Part shown: in pieces, positions 18,401 to 28,311 of the stretch
Numbering within the stretch: the first letter of the stretch is position 1
Layout of the letters: the number at the start of each line of letters is the position of its first letter
DNA from: Eubacterium sp.
GTDB taxonomy: Bacteria > Bacillota > Clostridia > Lachnospirales > Lachnospiraceae
Direction of reading: 5' to 3'
Assembly: GCA_017477505.1 (NCBI GenBank)
Contig: JAFUVQ010000015.1
Span: 86,192-150,191, forward strand
DNA length: 64,000 nucleotides
Notes under the pieces: model-generated
Told to the model about the DNA's origin: nothing
The model's database searches: none
The model's input: only the letters and a program-made list of their open reading frames with translations
Made by a program: the position numbers and the translations under genes

Positions 18401-19114
18401 ATGCATTTTTTATTAGATATTCTTACCTTGCTTTTCTATCTGATAACTACCGGAAGGATGCCGAAGGGCAGGGCGGATGAACAGTTTGAAATAAATGAAA
18501 AGGCATGGAATACTGTTAAAAATGAGACCGGAAATATACTTCACCGCGGTTTTATTGAAAGACAGTATCTTCTGAAGGATTTCCGGTACGGCAGGAGCAG
18601 GGCACTTTCCAGAAAGCTTTTCTTCAGCGGGAAGGAACTTACTGCCGCGGATAATTCCTGCGAGGTCATCGCTGCATTTAACGCCATGCATGATATTAAT
18701 CTAAAGAAGAAGGCCCGGGACAGATATTCATTTCCCGAACTGATAAGGATCTTTTCTGAAAAAGGGATAGCGGCAGGAGGAATATTCGGAACTTCGCCTG
18801 TGATCATAAAGAGAGTCCTGAAGGATCTTGGGTATTCGGTGAAAAGTCTTTCACCGGCAGCGCTCAGGAAGGCAAATGTAGATAAACTGGAAAAGGAATA
18901 CGATTCATTTATTTTTACAACCTATAATGTGAGATATAATCCTGTCAGGATGATACATACCATGTGTGTTTCCAGGGAAAAAACAGGATTTATGATACAT
19001 AATGATTATGAAGGGAGCCTCAGCTATAAGAGCCTTTACGGGGCCGTTACTGGTTATAAAGGCGGGGTGGGGCATCCATTTTACCTAATTGGAATAAAAG
19101 AAAAGGAGAACTAA
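18401..19114 (+). CDS. Hypothetical protein; possible papain-fold Cys/His hydrolase
   Basis: I recognise no family. It has an N-terminal hydrophobic segment, a candidate nucleophile context AADNSCEVIAAFNAM, and later IHTMCVS / MIHNDYEG. It ends 3 nt before the next gene. Confidence 0.5.
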   Translation: MHFLLDILTLLFYLITTGRMPKGRADEQFEINEKAWNTVKNETGNILHRGFIERQYLLKDFRYGRSRALSRKLFFSGKELTAADNSCEVIAAFNAMHDINLKKKARDRYSFPELIRIFSEKGIAAGGIFGTSPVIIKRVLKDLGYSVKSLSPAALRKANVDKLEKEYDSFIFTTYNVRYNPVRMIHTMCVSREKTGFMIHNDYEGSLSYKSLYGAVTGYKGGVGHPFYLIGIKEKEN

Positions 19115-19117
19115 ACA

Positions 19118-20176
19118 ATGAATAATTTTCATCTTCCTTATCACCTCATAGTTCAGGAGGGAATCTTTACTGAAATACCGGAGACTATGCAGGATGAGAT
19201 ACCGGACCTTGAGGAGAGAAGGACTATATTTGTTACAGAGGCCAATCTGAAGGGGATTTTTAATGAAATGATCCATAAGATCATGGCATGTTTTCCGAGA
19301 AGTGAGCTGTATCTTATTGAGTCTGCAACTTATGATACGGCAGTATCTCTTGCAAAGTACATAACAATGAATGACATTACAGTGGTTATAGGTTTTGGCG
19401 GAGGAACTGTTCTGGATCTGGCAAAGTTTGCGGCATTCGTAAGTAAATCGATACTCATTTCCCTTCCTACTACACTCAGTAACGACAGCCTGGCTTCGCC
19501 TGTGGCAGTTCTGGGTACTGAAGGTAAAGCGAGAAAGTCCATAAAATGTACAATTCCCGATGCCATACTTGTTGATGTAAATGTAATATCAAGTGCACCG
19601 GAAAGGCAGATACTTGCCGGAATAGGTGATACGGTAAGTAAATATACTGCGCTTAATGACTGGAAACTGGCACATAACAGGAAGAAGGCACGTGTCGACG
19701 ATTTTGCATATATGATTTCCAAGATGGCATTTAACTCGCTGCTTCACAGGGCAGGTGAAGAGCTTAAGAGTAAAGACTTCATAAAGAAGCTGACTCAGGC
19801 TCTCGTAATGGGAGGACTTGCCATGGAAATCGCAGGTTCATCAAGACCGAGCAGCGGTTCGGAACATCTTTTCTGTCACGCTCTTGATGAACGCTTTAGT
19901 GAGGAGGTTAGAGTACCACATGGTATAGCAACTGCCATGGGAAGTTACTGCGCATGCAAATTCCAGAACAGGAATCTGGGTAAGATAACAGGGATGATCA
20001 AGGAATACGGAATTCCTGTTAAGCCGAGTGAAAACGGAATATCCAGGGAAATCTTTATCGGGGCATGGCAGCAGGCAAGCGATACGAGACCTGACAGATA
20101 TACGATACTGAATGAGACAGAGCTGTCAGACGGGATGCTCGGTGAGCTGTATGATGAGATGGAGAGTGTATTCTGA
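19118..20176 (+). CDS. Putative sn-glycerol-1-phosphate dehydrogenase (EgsA/AraM branch of the Fe-ADH/DHQS-like superfamily)
   Basis: GFGGGTVLDLAKFAAF is the nucleotide-binding glycine motif. GIGDTVSKY, SGSEHLFCHALD and VPHGIATAMG are metal-ligand motifs. The 352-aa size fits G1PDH. Distinguishing it from GldA or Fe-ADH needs a profile search. Confidence 0.55.
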   Translation: MNNFHLPYHLIVQEGIFTEIPETMQDEIPDLEERRTIFVTEANLKGIFNEMIHKIMACFPRSELYLIESATYDTAVSLAKYITMNDITVVIGFGGGTVLDLAKFAAFVSKSILISLPTTLSNDSLASPVAVLGTEGKARKSIKCTIPDAILVDVNVISSAPERQILAGIGDTVSKYTALNDWKLAHNRKKARVDDFAYMISKMAFNSLLHRAGEELKSKDFIKKLTQALVMGGLAMEIAGSSRPSSGSEHLFCHALDERFSEEVRVPHGIATAMGSYCACKFQNRNLGKITGMIKEYGIPVKPSENGISREIFIGAWQQASDTRPDRYTILNETELSDGMLGELYDEMESVF

Positions 20177-20193
20177 TACGGCTGAGGTGGGGT

Positions 20194-20233
20194 GACCGGC
20201 TGCGAGACTGACCGGCTGCGAGACTGACCGGTT
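20194..20233 (+). repeat. 16-bp tandem direct repeat, about 2.5 copies, GC-rich, intergenic
   Basis: GACCGGCTGCGAGACT occurs twice and is followed by GACCGGTT. It starts 18 nt after the stop codon at 20176. Confidence 0.9.
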
Positions 20234-20276
20234 GATTATTTAACGCACATGTGTATGCAGAATGAGGGGTGATCAA

Positions 20277-21713
20277 ATGTATGACATAATTATAATCGGA
20301 GCGGGGGTATCCGGTTCGGCTATAGCAAGGGAGTTATCGGCATATGATGTGAAGATCGCTGTAATAGAGAAGGAGTCTGATGTGTGCGAAGGCACCAGCA
20401 AGGCTAACAGCGGTATCGTTCATGCGGGATATGATGCAAAGCCGGGAACTCTGAAGGCTAAGCTGAATATGGAAGGCAACCGTATGATGGGAGAACTTTC
20501 AGAGAAACTGGACTTTCCTTTTAAGAGGGATGGTTCACTGGTGGTCTGCTGGAATGAAGAGGAACTTCCGAAACTTGAGGAACTTGCCGAAAGGGGAAAG
20601 ATAAATGGGGTTCCCGATATCAGGATACTCAGCAGGGAAGAAGCACTAAGTATAGAGCCCAATCTTGCTGACGGAGTTTATGCGGCGCTGTTTGCACCTA
20701 CTGCCGGAATTGTATGCCCGTTTCTTATGAATATAGCTTTTGCGGAAAATGCTGCGGTAAACGGAGTCGAGTTCAAACTTTCAGAGAAAGTGAACAGTAT
20801 ATCAAAATCCGTAGAGGGATATAAGGTCATTACAGATAAGGGTGAGTATGAGACTAAGATAGTCATAAATGCGGCAGGTGTTTATGCAGATGCCATCCAT
20901 AACATGGTTTCTGCGGATAAGAAGACCATAATACCGAGAAGAGGCGAATATATGCTTCTCGATAAGACGGCCGGAAATCATATAAGCCACACGGTTTTCC
21001 AGCTTCCGTCAAAGATGGGAAAAGGAGTGCTTGTAACTCCTACAACTCACGGTAATCTTCTGGTGGGACCTACGGCTGACAATCTCGAGGATAAGGAAGC
21101 TGTCAATACAACAAGAGAGGGGCTTGCCAGAGTTGCGGCGGATTCCGCCCGTTCTGTGAAGAATATACCTCTTAAAACCGTCATCACTTCATTTGCAGGA
21201 CTTCGTGCTCATGAAGCGGGAGGAGATTTCATCATAGAGGAAGTAAAGGATGCTCCGGGCTTCATCGATTGTCTGGGCATAGCGTCTCCCGGACTTTCAA
21301 GTGCGCCTGCCATAGGTGTATATGTAAAGGATATAGTTACGGGAATCCTTGATATGAAGAAAAAAGATTCATTTGTTGATGAGAGAAAAGGTACTCCGAG
21401 ATTCATGGAACTCTCTGATGAAGAGAAGAAGACTCTTATAGATAAAGATTCCTCATTTGGCCAGATTATATGCCGATGTGAGATGATAACCGAAGGCGAG
21501 ATACTGGATGCCATAAGAAGACCTCTCGGAGCAAGGACTCTGGATGGTATCAAGAGACGTGTCAGAGCCGGAATGGGAAGATGTCAGGCGGGTTTCTGCA
21601 CTCCTAAGCTTATCGATATACTTGTCAGAGAAACCGGACAGAGCATATATGACATCAAGAAACATGCAGAAGGTTCAGAACTGATCGTAAGTGAGATTAA
21701 AGATGCATGGTAG
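20277..21713 (+). CDS. FAD-dependent glycerol-3-phosphate dehydrogenase-like oxidoreductase with a BFD-type [2Fe-2S] domain
   Basis: MYDIIIIGAGVSGSAIAREL is the FAD fold, and CRCEMITEGEILDAIRR..GMGRCQAGFC is the BFD-like motif. ATG 20277 is preceded by GAGGGG. Confidence 0.8.
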   Translation: MYDIIIIGAGVSGSAIARELSAYDVKIAVIEKESDVCEGTSKANSGIVHAGYDAKPGTLKAKLNMEGNRMMGELSEKLDFPFKRDGSLVVCWNEEELPKLEELAERGKINGVPDIRILSREEALSIEPNLADGVYAALFAPTAGIVCPFLMNIAFAENAAVNGVEFKLSEKVNSISKSVEGYKVITDKGEYETKIVINAAGVYADAIHNMVSADKKTIIPRRGEYMLLDKTAGNHISHTVFQLPSKMGKGVLVTPTTHGNLLVGPTADNLEDKEAVNTTREGLARVAADSARSVKNIPLKTVITSFAGLRAHEAGGDFIIEEVKDAPGFIDCLGIASPGLSSAPAIGVYVKDIVTGILDMKKKDSFVDERKGTPRFMELSDEEKKTLIDKDSSFGQIICRCEMITEGEILDAIRRPLGARTLDGIKRRVRAGMGRCQAGFCTPKLIDILVRETGQSIYDIKKHAEGSELIVSEIKDAW

Positions 21714-21731
21714 TTGACCGGAGGGGTAATT

Positions 21732-22991
21732 ATGGAGAAGAAAGAGCTTATAATAATCGGCGGAGGTCCTGCAGGACTTGCTGCTGCGGCAGCCGCAAAG
21801 GAAAACGGAATAGATGATATCCTCATAGTCGAAAGAGATGACAGGCTGGGAGGAATACTGAATCAGTGCATTCATAATGGCTTCGGGCTTCATACATTTA
21901 AAGAGGAGCTTACGGGACCTGAATATGCTGCAAGGTTCGAGAAGAAGGTATTGGAAATGGGGATTCCATACCTCCTTAATACAATGGTTATAAATGTATC
22001 GCCTGAAAAACATGTGACTCTGATGAGCCGTGAGGAAGGAGTCGTAACCTATAAGGCGGATGCGGTCATACTGGCTATGGGCTGCAGAGAAAGACCGAGA
22101 GGTGCCCTGAATATACCGGGTATGAGGCCGGCGGGTATATTTACGGCCGGAACCGCACAGAGGATGGTAAATATAGAAGGCGTCATGCCGGGAAGAGAGG
22201 TTGTCATCCTGGGTTCGGGTGATATAGGTCTCATCATGGCAAGGCGTATGACACTTGAGGGCGCGGTTGTCAAGGTTGTGGCAGAGCTGATGCCTTACTC
22301 CGGTGGCCTTAAGAGAAATATAGTTCAGTGTCTGGATGATTACGGAATCCCTCTCAAGCTCTCCCACACAGTGGTTGATATAGAGGGAAAGGACAGGGTG
22401 AAGAGCGTTACCATTGCCGAGGTTGACGGTAATCTTAATCCTGTTCCGGGAACTGAAGAAAAGATTCCTTGCGACACACTTCTGCTTTCCTGCGGACTTC
22501 TTCCGGAAAATGAACTGTCACGTGGAATGGGAGTAGAGATAAGTCCTGTTACGGGAGGACCTGTTGTTGACAACAGTCTTGCAACCAGTATAGAAGGCGT
22601 TTTTGCATGTGGAAATGTATTGCATGTGCATGACCTTGTAGATTATGTTTCGGAAGAGGCATCTCAGGCAGGGCGGCATGCAGCGGCTTATATCAGGGGA
22701 GAAGAACAGGGCAGCGGTACATTTGTCAAAATAAATGCTGTAGACGGCGTGAGATATACGGTGCCGGCGAAGATTGATATGGCTACGCTTCCGGAAAAAC
22801 AGGTTATACGTTTCAGAGTGGGAAGAGTCATAAGAAACTGTACTGTTGAACTCCTGATAAACGGTCAGGTTGCGGCAAAGAAGAAGAGACCGGTTGTCGC
22901 TCCCGGCGAGATGGAGGAATTCCTTCTCCTGAAGAAATATTTTGACGGAGCAGCACCGGATGATATTACCATCAGAATAGTGGAAGGATAG
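21732..22991 (+). CDS. Pyridine nucleotide-disulfide (FAD/NAD) oxidoreductase, partner of the GlpA-like enzyme
   Basis: Two Rossmann motifs are present (LIIIGGGPAGLAAAAAA and VVILGSGDIGLIMA), plus FACGNVLHVHDLVD. ATG 21732 follows GGAGGGG. Confidence 0.8.
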   Translation: MEKKELIIIGGGPAGLAAAAAAKENGIDDILIVERDDRLGGILNQCIHNGFGLHTFKEELTGPEYAARFEKKVLEMGIPYLLNTMVINVSPEKHVTLMSREEGVVTYKADAVILAMGCRERPRGALNIPGMRPAGIFTAGTAQRMVNIEGVMPGREVVILGSGDIGLIMARRMTLEGAVVKVVAELMPYSGGLKRNIVQCLDDYGIPLKLSHTVVDIEGKDRVKSVTIAEVDGNLNPVPGTEEKIPCDTLLLSCGLLPENELSRGMGVEISPVTGGPVVDNSLATSIEGVFACGNVLHVHDLVDYVSEEASQAGRHAAAYIRGEEQGSGTFVKINAVDGVRYTVPAKIDMATLPEKQVIRFRVGRVIRNCTVELLINGQVAAKKKRPVVAPGEMEEFLLLKKYFDGAAPDDITIRIVEG

Positions 22992-23008
22992 AAGGGAGGC
23001 GGATGTAG

Positions 23009-23362
23009 ATGAGTGTTACAAAAGAACTTACATGTATCTGCTGTCCTCTCGGATGTCAGATAAGTGTTGAGATGGAAGGAAATGAAATCTTATCCGTTAC
23101 CGGAAATACCTGTCCAAGAGGAGATGCTTACGCCAGAAAGGAGCTTACAAGTCCTACGCGTATAGTTACATCCAGTGTAAAGGTGGAAGGCGGAAAGGTC
23201 GTTTCGGTAAAAACAGCTTCGGATATTCCGAAGGACAGGATATTTGATATAGTCAGAGAACTGAAGAATGTGACTGCGATGCCGCCTGTAAAGATAGGGG
23301 ATGTCATTAAACATGATATCGCGGGAACAGGCGTAGACATCGTTGCTACAAGCGAAGCTTAA
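23009..23362 (+). CDS. DUF1667-type Cys-rich small protein
   Basis: LTCICCPLGCQISVE..VTGNTCPRG is the DUF1667 signature as I remember it. This is the third gene of the conserved trio. Confidence 0.75.
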   Translation: MSVTKELTCICCPLGCQISVEMEGNEILSVTGNTCPRGDAYARKELTSPTRIVTSSVKVEGGKVVSVKTASDIPKDRIFDIVRELKNVTAMPPVKIGDVIKHDIAGTGVDIVATSEA

Positions 23363-23374
23363 TAAAGAAATAAG

Positions 23375-23403
23375 TTGAAAAGTACGCGTCTTAAATGTAT
23401 GAT
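23375..23403 (+). promoter_or_regulatory. Sigma-A type promoter for glyA
   Basis: TTGAAA (23375-23380), a 17-nt spacer, then TATGAT (23398-23403), about 100 nt upstream of the glyA ATG. Confidence 0.6.
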
Positions 23404-23504
23404 ATGATTTGGTGCGTTTTATTATCTGATATTGATGAGTAACGTTACAGTTACATTTAATATAAAAATAAAAGACACGAAGATATACCAAGGAGGAAAA
23501 ACAA

Positions 23505-24752
23505 ATGTACAGTTTTGAAGAGATACTTAAGGGTGATGCTGAGGTAGCAGCAGCTATGACTGACGAGATCAATCGTCAGAATCAGAATCTGGAGCTCATC
23601 GCATCTGAGAATATTGCCTCAAAGGCAGTTATGGCAGCTATGGGCAGCCCTCTTACCAATAAATATGCAGAAGGCTATCCGGGAAAGAGATATTACGGCG
23701 GATGCCAGTTCGTTGACGTAGTTGAGGATCTTGCAAGAGAAAGAGCCAAGGAACTTTTCGGTGCCGAGTATGTAAATGTACAGCCTCACTCAGGCGCTCA
23801 GGCTAATATGGCAGTATTCTTCGCAGTAATGGAGCCGGGCGATACATTTATGGGTATGAACCTTGACCACGGCGGACATCTTACACATGGTTCACCTGTT
23901 AATATGTCAGGTAAGTATTATCATTGTGTACCTTACGGTGTTAATGACGAAGGACGTATCGATTATGAAGAGGTACGCCGTATAGCTAAGGAATGCAATC
24001 CTAAGCTTATCGTTGCAGGTGCGTCTGCATATGCAAGAGAGATTGACTTTAAGAAGTTCCGTGAGATAGCTGATGAAGTCGGTGCGGTTCTCATGGTTGA
24101 TATGGCTCATATAGCAGGACTTGTTGCTGCAGGAAAGCACATGAGCCCTATACCATATGCAGATATCACAACAACCACAACTCATAAGACACTTCGTGGA
24201 CCTAGAGGTGGTATGATCCTCTGCAGCAATGCCGTAAACGAAAAGTATAACTTCAACAAGGCTGTATTTCCGGGAATCCAGGGCGGTCCTCTTATGCACG
24301 TTATAGCAGGTAAGGCTGTATGCTTCAAAGAGGCTCTTTCAGATGAATACAAAGAGTACATGGGAAGAGTAGTTGAGAATGCGGCTACACTTGCTGCAGC
24401 TCTTCAGGAGAGAGGCTTCAAGATTGTTTCAGGCGGTACAGATAATCACCTTATGCTTGTTGATCTTCAGAATCTCGGACTTACAGGTAAAGAAGTTGAG
24501 AAGCTTCTTGATGAGGTTCATATCACAGTTAACAAGAATACAGTTCCAAATGATCCTAAGAGCCCGTTTGTTACAAGCGGTATCAGAGTAGGTACACCTG
24601 CAGTAACAACCCGTGGTGCAGTTAAGGAAGATATGTATATCATAGCTGATGCCTTCAAGGCAGCCATCATTGATAAGGATATGGCTAAGGCAGAGGCTCT
24701 TGTAAAGGATATTACAGACAGATATCCACTTTACGGCGGAGAAATGTTCTAA
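23505..24752 (+). CDS. glyA: Serine hydroxymethyltransferase
   Basis: Full-length match to SHMT hallmarks: [25 protein letters not shown] and the PLP-lysine context [15 protein letters not shown] strong RBS (AAGGAGG) is present. Confidence 0.97.
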   Translation: MYSFEEILKGDAEVAAAMTDEINRQNQNLELIASENIASKAVMAAMGSPLTNKYAEGYPGKRYYGGCQFVDVVEDLARERAKELFGAEYVNVQPHSGAQANMAVFFAVMEPGDTFMGMNLDHGGHLTHGSPVNMSGKYYHCVPYGVNDEGRIDYEEVRRIAKECNPKLIVAGASAYAREIDFKKFREIADEVGAVLMVDMAHIAGLVAAGKHMSPIPYADITTTTTHKTLRGPRGGMILCSNAVNEKYNFNKAVFPGIQGGPLMHVIAGKAVCFKEALSDEYKEYMGRVVENAATLAAALQERGFKIVSGGTDNHLMLVDLQNLGLTGKEVEKLLDEVHITVNKNTVPNDPKSPFVTSGIRVGTPAVTTRGAVKEDMYIIADAFKAAIIDKDMAKAEALVKDITDRYPLYGGEMF

Positions 24753-24829
24753 TCCGGGACCGGAAAGCAGAATGTACGGGCGTGTCAGAGATGACATGCC
24801 TATGCAATTAGAAAAGGAAGTAACGAAAA

Positions 24830-27130
24830 TTGTCAATGCCAAACGATAACGATATCAATAATAACGATAACAGTAAGAAACCCGGCGGGTTTAATTCGAC
24901 TATAATAGTTCTGATAATCTCCGTGGTGCTCTCGCTTATTTTCATTTTACAGTATAAGAACTTCATGAATTCCGGAAGTAAGGAAGTGAGTTACAGTGAA
25001 TTCCTTGAAAAACTGGATGCGGGTGAAGTTAAGGAAGTAAGCATCTATGACAACAGGATAGAATATGTTCCTGTAAGTCAGGACAATCCGGTTCAGACCG
25101 TGAAATACACCGTAGTAAGAACGGATGATATTAAGCTGGTAGACAGACTTAAGGATGCCAAGGTAAAGTTCACGGTTATAGATGAAGGCAGCACAGCATT
25201 TATCAGAACAGTCATCTTCTATATAGTCATGCTGGTTGTGATCTACTTTGTAATGTCTCTGATACTGAGAAATGTTACGAAGGGAAGCGGCATCATGGGT
25301 GTCGGGAAGTCCAATGCCAAGATGTATGTTCAGAAGAAGACAGGGGTCACCTTCAAGGATGTTGCGGGTGAAGAGGAAGCCAAGGAATCTCTCGAGGAGA
25401 TGGTGGATTTCCTTCACAATCCCGATAAGTACGTCAATATAGGTGCCAAGCTTCCGAAGGGTGCGCTTCTTGTAGGGCCTCCGGGTACAGGTAAGACACT
25501 TCTTGCGAAGGCAGTAGCGGGCGAAGCGGATGTACCTTTCTTCTCAATATCTGGTTCTGAGTTCGTTGAACTCTATGTAGGTGTCGGTGCCTCCCGTGTA
25601 AGAGACCTTTTCAAACAGGCCAATTCCATGGCGCCTTGTATAGTATTCATCGACGAGATAGATGCTATAGGAAGAAGCCGTGATACAAGACATATGGGTG
25701 GCGATTCCGAAAGAGAACAGACACTGAACCAGCTTCTTTCCGAAATGGATGGTTTCGACAGCAGTAAGGGTATCATAGTTCTTGCCGCTACCAACAGACC
25801 TGAAGTGCTTGATAAGGCGCTTCTCCGTCCGGGTCGTTTCGACAGAAGAGTTGTTGTAGAAAAGCCCGATCTGAAGGGTAGAGAAGATATACTCCGTGTT
25901 CACAGCAAGGATGTAAAGCTTGATGAAACAGTAAATCTGAAGGAACTTGCACTTGCTACCAGTGGTGCAGTAGGTGCCGATCTTGCAAATATTATAAATG
26001 AGGCAGCAATTCTCGCTGTTAAGAATAAGAGATCACTCGTTTCACAGAAAGATCTTATGGAATCGGTAGAGGTTGTCTTTGCCGGTAAAGAGAAGAAAGA
26101 CAGGCTGCTCAGTCCTGAAGAGAAGCGTATAGTTGCTTATCATGAGACCGGTCATGCGCTTCTTACCACACTTCAGAAGAATACCATGCCGGTTCAGCGT
26201 ATAACAATAATACCGAGAACCAACGGAGCTCTTGGCTATGTATGGCAGGTACCTGAAGAAGAGAAGTATCTTGAGACTCAGGTCGAGATGGAAAATGAGA
26301 TAGTCATCACCATGGGTGGTCGTGCAGCCGAAGCTATCAAGTTTGATTCGGTTACAAATGGTGCTTCAAATGATATCGAGCAGGCTACAAAACGTGCGAG
26401 AGCCATGGTCACCATGTATGGTATGTCCGAAAGATTCGGTATGGTACAGCTTGAAGATATGACAGGCGAGTACCTTGACAGAAGAACATATCTCAATTGC
26501 TCGGATGAGACTGCGGCAGATATCGATACAGAAGTACGGAATATAATAAATAAAGCTTATAAAAAAGCATTCATTTTACTTAAGAAAAATGAAAAAGTGC
26601 TGGATGCCATAGCAGAGTATCTTATTGAACATGAAACTATATCAGGTGAAGAGTTCATGAGGATCTATAGTGAAGTTTCCAGCAGATACCCTGTTGATTC
26701 AAAACTCCGTCCTTCCGAACTTCTTGAGATAGAGGAATCAGTTAAGCAGAGTAAGCCTTCAAAGACTGCAAAGGCTATCAAATCAGAGCTGAAAGCTGAA
26801 AAGTCTGAGAAAGCTTCAAAGGTCAAGAAGAAAAAGAAGAAGGAACGCTATGCTGTATATGAAAGTGATGATACTCCTGTAAGTCAGGAGCCGGTTTCAC
26901 AGCCGTATGCACAGCCAGTTGCACAACCGAATCCGGCAGGCAATGGCATGGATGATGGGCAGCAGTCATATAACAGCCCTGTCGCCGAAGAATATGCAGA
27001 GGACTTTGCCAGGATCAAAGAAGATTTTGAGAAGGCGAGCGAAGAATTGACTGATGTAAACGAAGGAACGGACGATAGTATCAGCAGTCGGAATACAGAA
27101 CAGAAGATGCCATGGGAAAAGGATGAGTAA
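24830..27130 (+). CDS. ftsH: ATP-dependent zinc metalloprotease FtsH with a long acidic/low-complexity C-terminal tail
   Basis: Two TM segments, Walker [14 protein letters not shown], Walker [33 protein letters not shown] and zinc site HETGHAL. The start is TTG 24830 (11 nt from AAGGA) or ATG 24836. Confidence 0.95.
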   Translation: MSMPNDNDINNNDNSKKPGGFNSTIIVLIISVVLSLIFILQYKNFMNSGSKEVSYSEFLEKLDAGEVKEVSIYDNRIEYVPVSQDNPVQTVKYTVVRTDDIKLVDRLKDAKVKFTVIDEGSTAFIRTVIFYIVMLVVIYFVMSLILRNVTKGSGIMGVGKSNAKMYVQKKTGVTFKDVAGEEEAKESLEEMVDFLHNPDKYVNIGAKLPKGALLVGPPGTGKTLLAKAVAGEADVPFFSISGSEFVELYVGVGASRVRDLFKQANSMAPCIVFIDEIDAIGRSRDTRHMGGDSEREQTLNQLLSEMDGFDSSKGIIVLAATNRPEVLDKALLRPGRFDRRVVVEKPDLKGREDILRVHSKDVKLDETVNLKELALATSGAVGADLANIINEAAILAVKNKRSLVSQKDLMESVEVVFAGKEKKDRLLSPEEKRIVAYHETGHALLTTLQKNTMPVQRITIIPRTNGALGYVWQVPEEEKYLETQVEMENEIVITMGGRAAEAIKFDSVTNGASNDIEQATKRARAMVTMYGMSERFGMVQLEDMTGEYLDRRTYLNCSDETAADIDTEVRNIINKAYKKAFILLKKNEKVLDAIAEYLIEHETISGEEFMRIYSEVSSRYPVDSKLRPSELLEIEESVKQSKPSKTAKAIKSELKAEKSEKASKVKKKKKKERYAVYESDDTPVSQEPVSQPYAQPVAQPNPAGNGMDDGQQSYNSPVAEEYAEDFARIKEDFEKASEELTDVNEGTDDSISSRNTEQKMPWEKDE

Positions 27131-27176
27131 TCTTATCCGGCATTTGTGGCATACAGGACTTTAAGGAGGAATTTTC

Positions 27177-27386
27177 GTGGCAGCACTCGGTTATAAAAAA
27201 GCATATATGATCAATTGTTTTAACTGCGGAAATACCGTCAGGTATTATGCGGAGAATGTTCATCATCAGCCATGGCTTAACAAGGTTGTACAGGGACACG
27301 GTTTTACCGGTCATACAGGAGAGGTAAGGTGCCAGAACTGCGGTACCTGGCTTCCGCATTATGAATCAAATGAAATCCGCATGTAA
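27177..27386 (+). CDS. Small (69 aa) zinc-ribbon protein
   Basis: A GTG start lies 7 nt after a strong AAGGAGG. There are two CxxC pairs (CFNCG ... CQNCG) 33 residues apart. The 3' end overlaps the next gene by 26 nt. Confidence 0.5.
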   Translation: MAALGYKKAYMINCFNCGNTVRYYAENVHHQPWLNKVVQGHGFTGHTGEVRCQNCGTWLPHYESNEIRM

Positions 27387-28311
27387 GAATAAAAAGAATA
27401 AAAAGTATATAAAGGTGCCGGTCATAATATTGACCGGCTACCTGGCATTTTCAGTATTATCAACCATAGTATTCTACCAGATTTTTTTTAGCAGAAAAGT
27501 ATTACAGGCTGAGGAAAATCATATATATGAGCAATCATACAGTGAAAGCTATCCGAGAGAAGAACTGGAGTTTGAATCCTGCGGCAATATGCTGAAGGGA
27601 TATCTCTATGGCACTGAGAATGATAAAGGAATAATCATAATAGCCAATGGCATTAAGAGTACGGCTGAGTCCCAGATAAAGGACATCATATACTTTGTGG
27701 ATAAGGGCTGGCAGGTTTTTGCATATGACCAGACCGCAACCGGAGAAAGTGATGGTGACCATATCATGGGACTCATGCAGCAAAAGTACGATGTCATTGC
27801 GGCTGCGGAGTTTATTCACGGCAGGAACGATTCAGAGAAACTGCCTATCTTTGTTTACGGTTTCAGCATGGGCGGTTACGGAGTGGCCGCATCCTGCGAT
27901 GACCTTGACTTTGTGGAAGGATTCGCCAGCCTCGCAGGCTTTAATGAACCGACCAGGGTCATGATGTATACCGCTGACGATTATGTCGGTTTTCTGGCAT
28001 GGACACAATATCCGTTTATCTATACCATGAATTCCGTGAGAGGCGGTTCAGATGGAAATGAAAAGGCATCCGATGCCATATCGGTATCAAATGATGCAGA
28101 TATACTTATAATGATCATAGAGAATGATCCGGCTGTTCCCTATGAATCAAGTATTTATGCCATGCAGGATGATATAGATGATCCCAATGCAGTATTTGAA
28201 AAGCTGGATTCAAGCTTTAGTGGGAAACACGGGGCTGAATATATCACAAGAGACTCTATCGTTGCAGAAAGAGTTAGTGATTATTTTGAAAGCCTGCTTG
28301 AAAATGAATGA
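27361..28311 (+). CDS. Membrane-anchored alpha/beta hydrolase (esterase/lipase-like)
   Basis: N-terminal TM VPVIILTGYLAFSVLSTIVFYQIFF and nucleophile elbow GFSMGGYG. An alternative start is ATG 27370. Confidence 0.7.
   Translation: MNQMKSACKNKKNKKYIKVPVIILTGYLAFSVLSTIVFYQIFFSRKVLQAEENHIYEQSYSESYPREELEFESCGNMLKGYLYGTENDKGIIIIANGIKSTAESQIKDIIYFVDKGWQVFAYDQTATGESDGDHIMGLMQQKYDVIAAAEFIHGRNDSEKLPIFVYGFSMGGYGVAASCDDLDFVEGFASLAGFNEPTRVMMYTADDYVGFLAWTQYPFIYTMNSVRGGSDGNEKASDAISVSNDADILIMIIENDPAVPYESSIYAMQDDIDDPNAVFEKLDSSFSGKHGAEYITRDSIVAERVSDYFESLLENE

Noticed and set aside
21675-22367. 230-aa minus-strand ORF spanning the junction of the two flavoprotein genes
   Set aside because: It is antisense to two CDSs with clear Rossmann motifs. 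Its His/Tyr/Cys/Arg-rich composition does not look coding.
23404-23504. T-box or THF/glycine riboswitch upstream of glyA
   Set aside because: The leader is only about 100 nt, AT-rich and has no terminator/antiterminator pair. No T-box sequence or conserved riboswitch core is recognisable.
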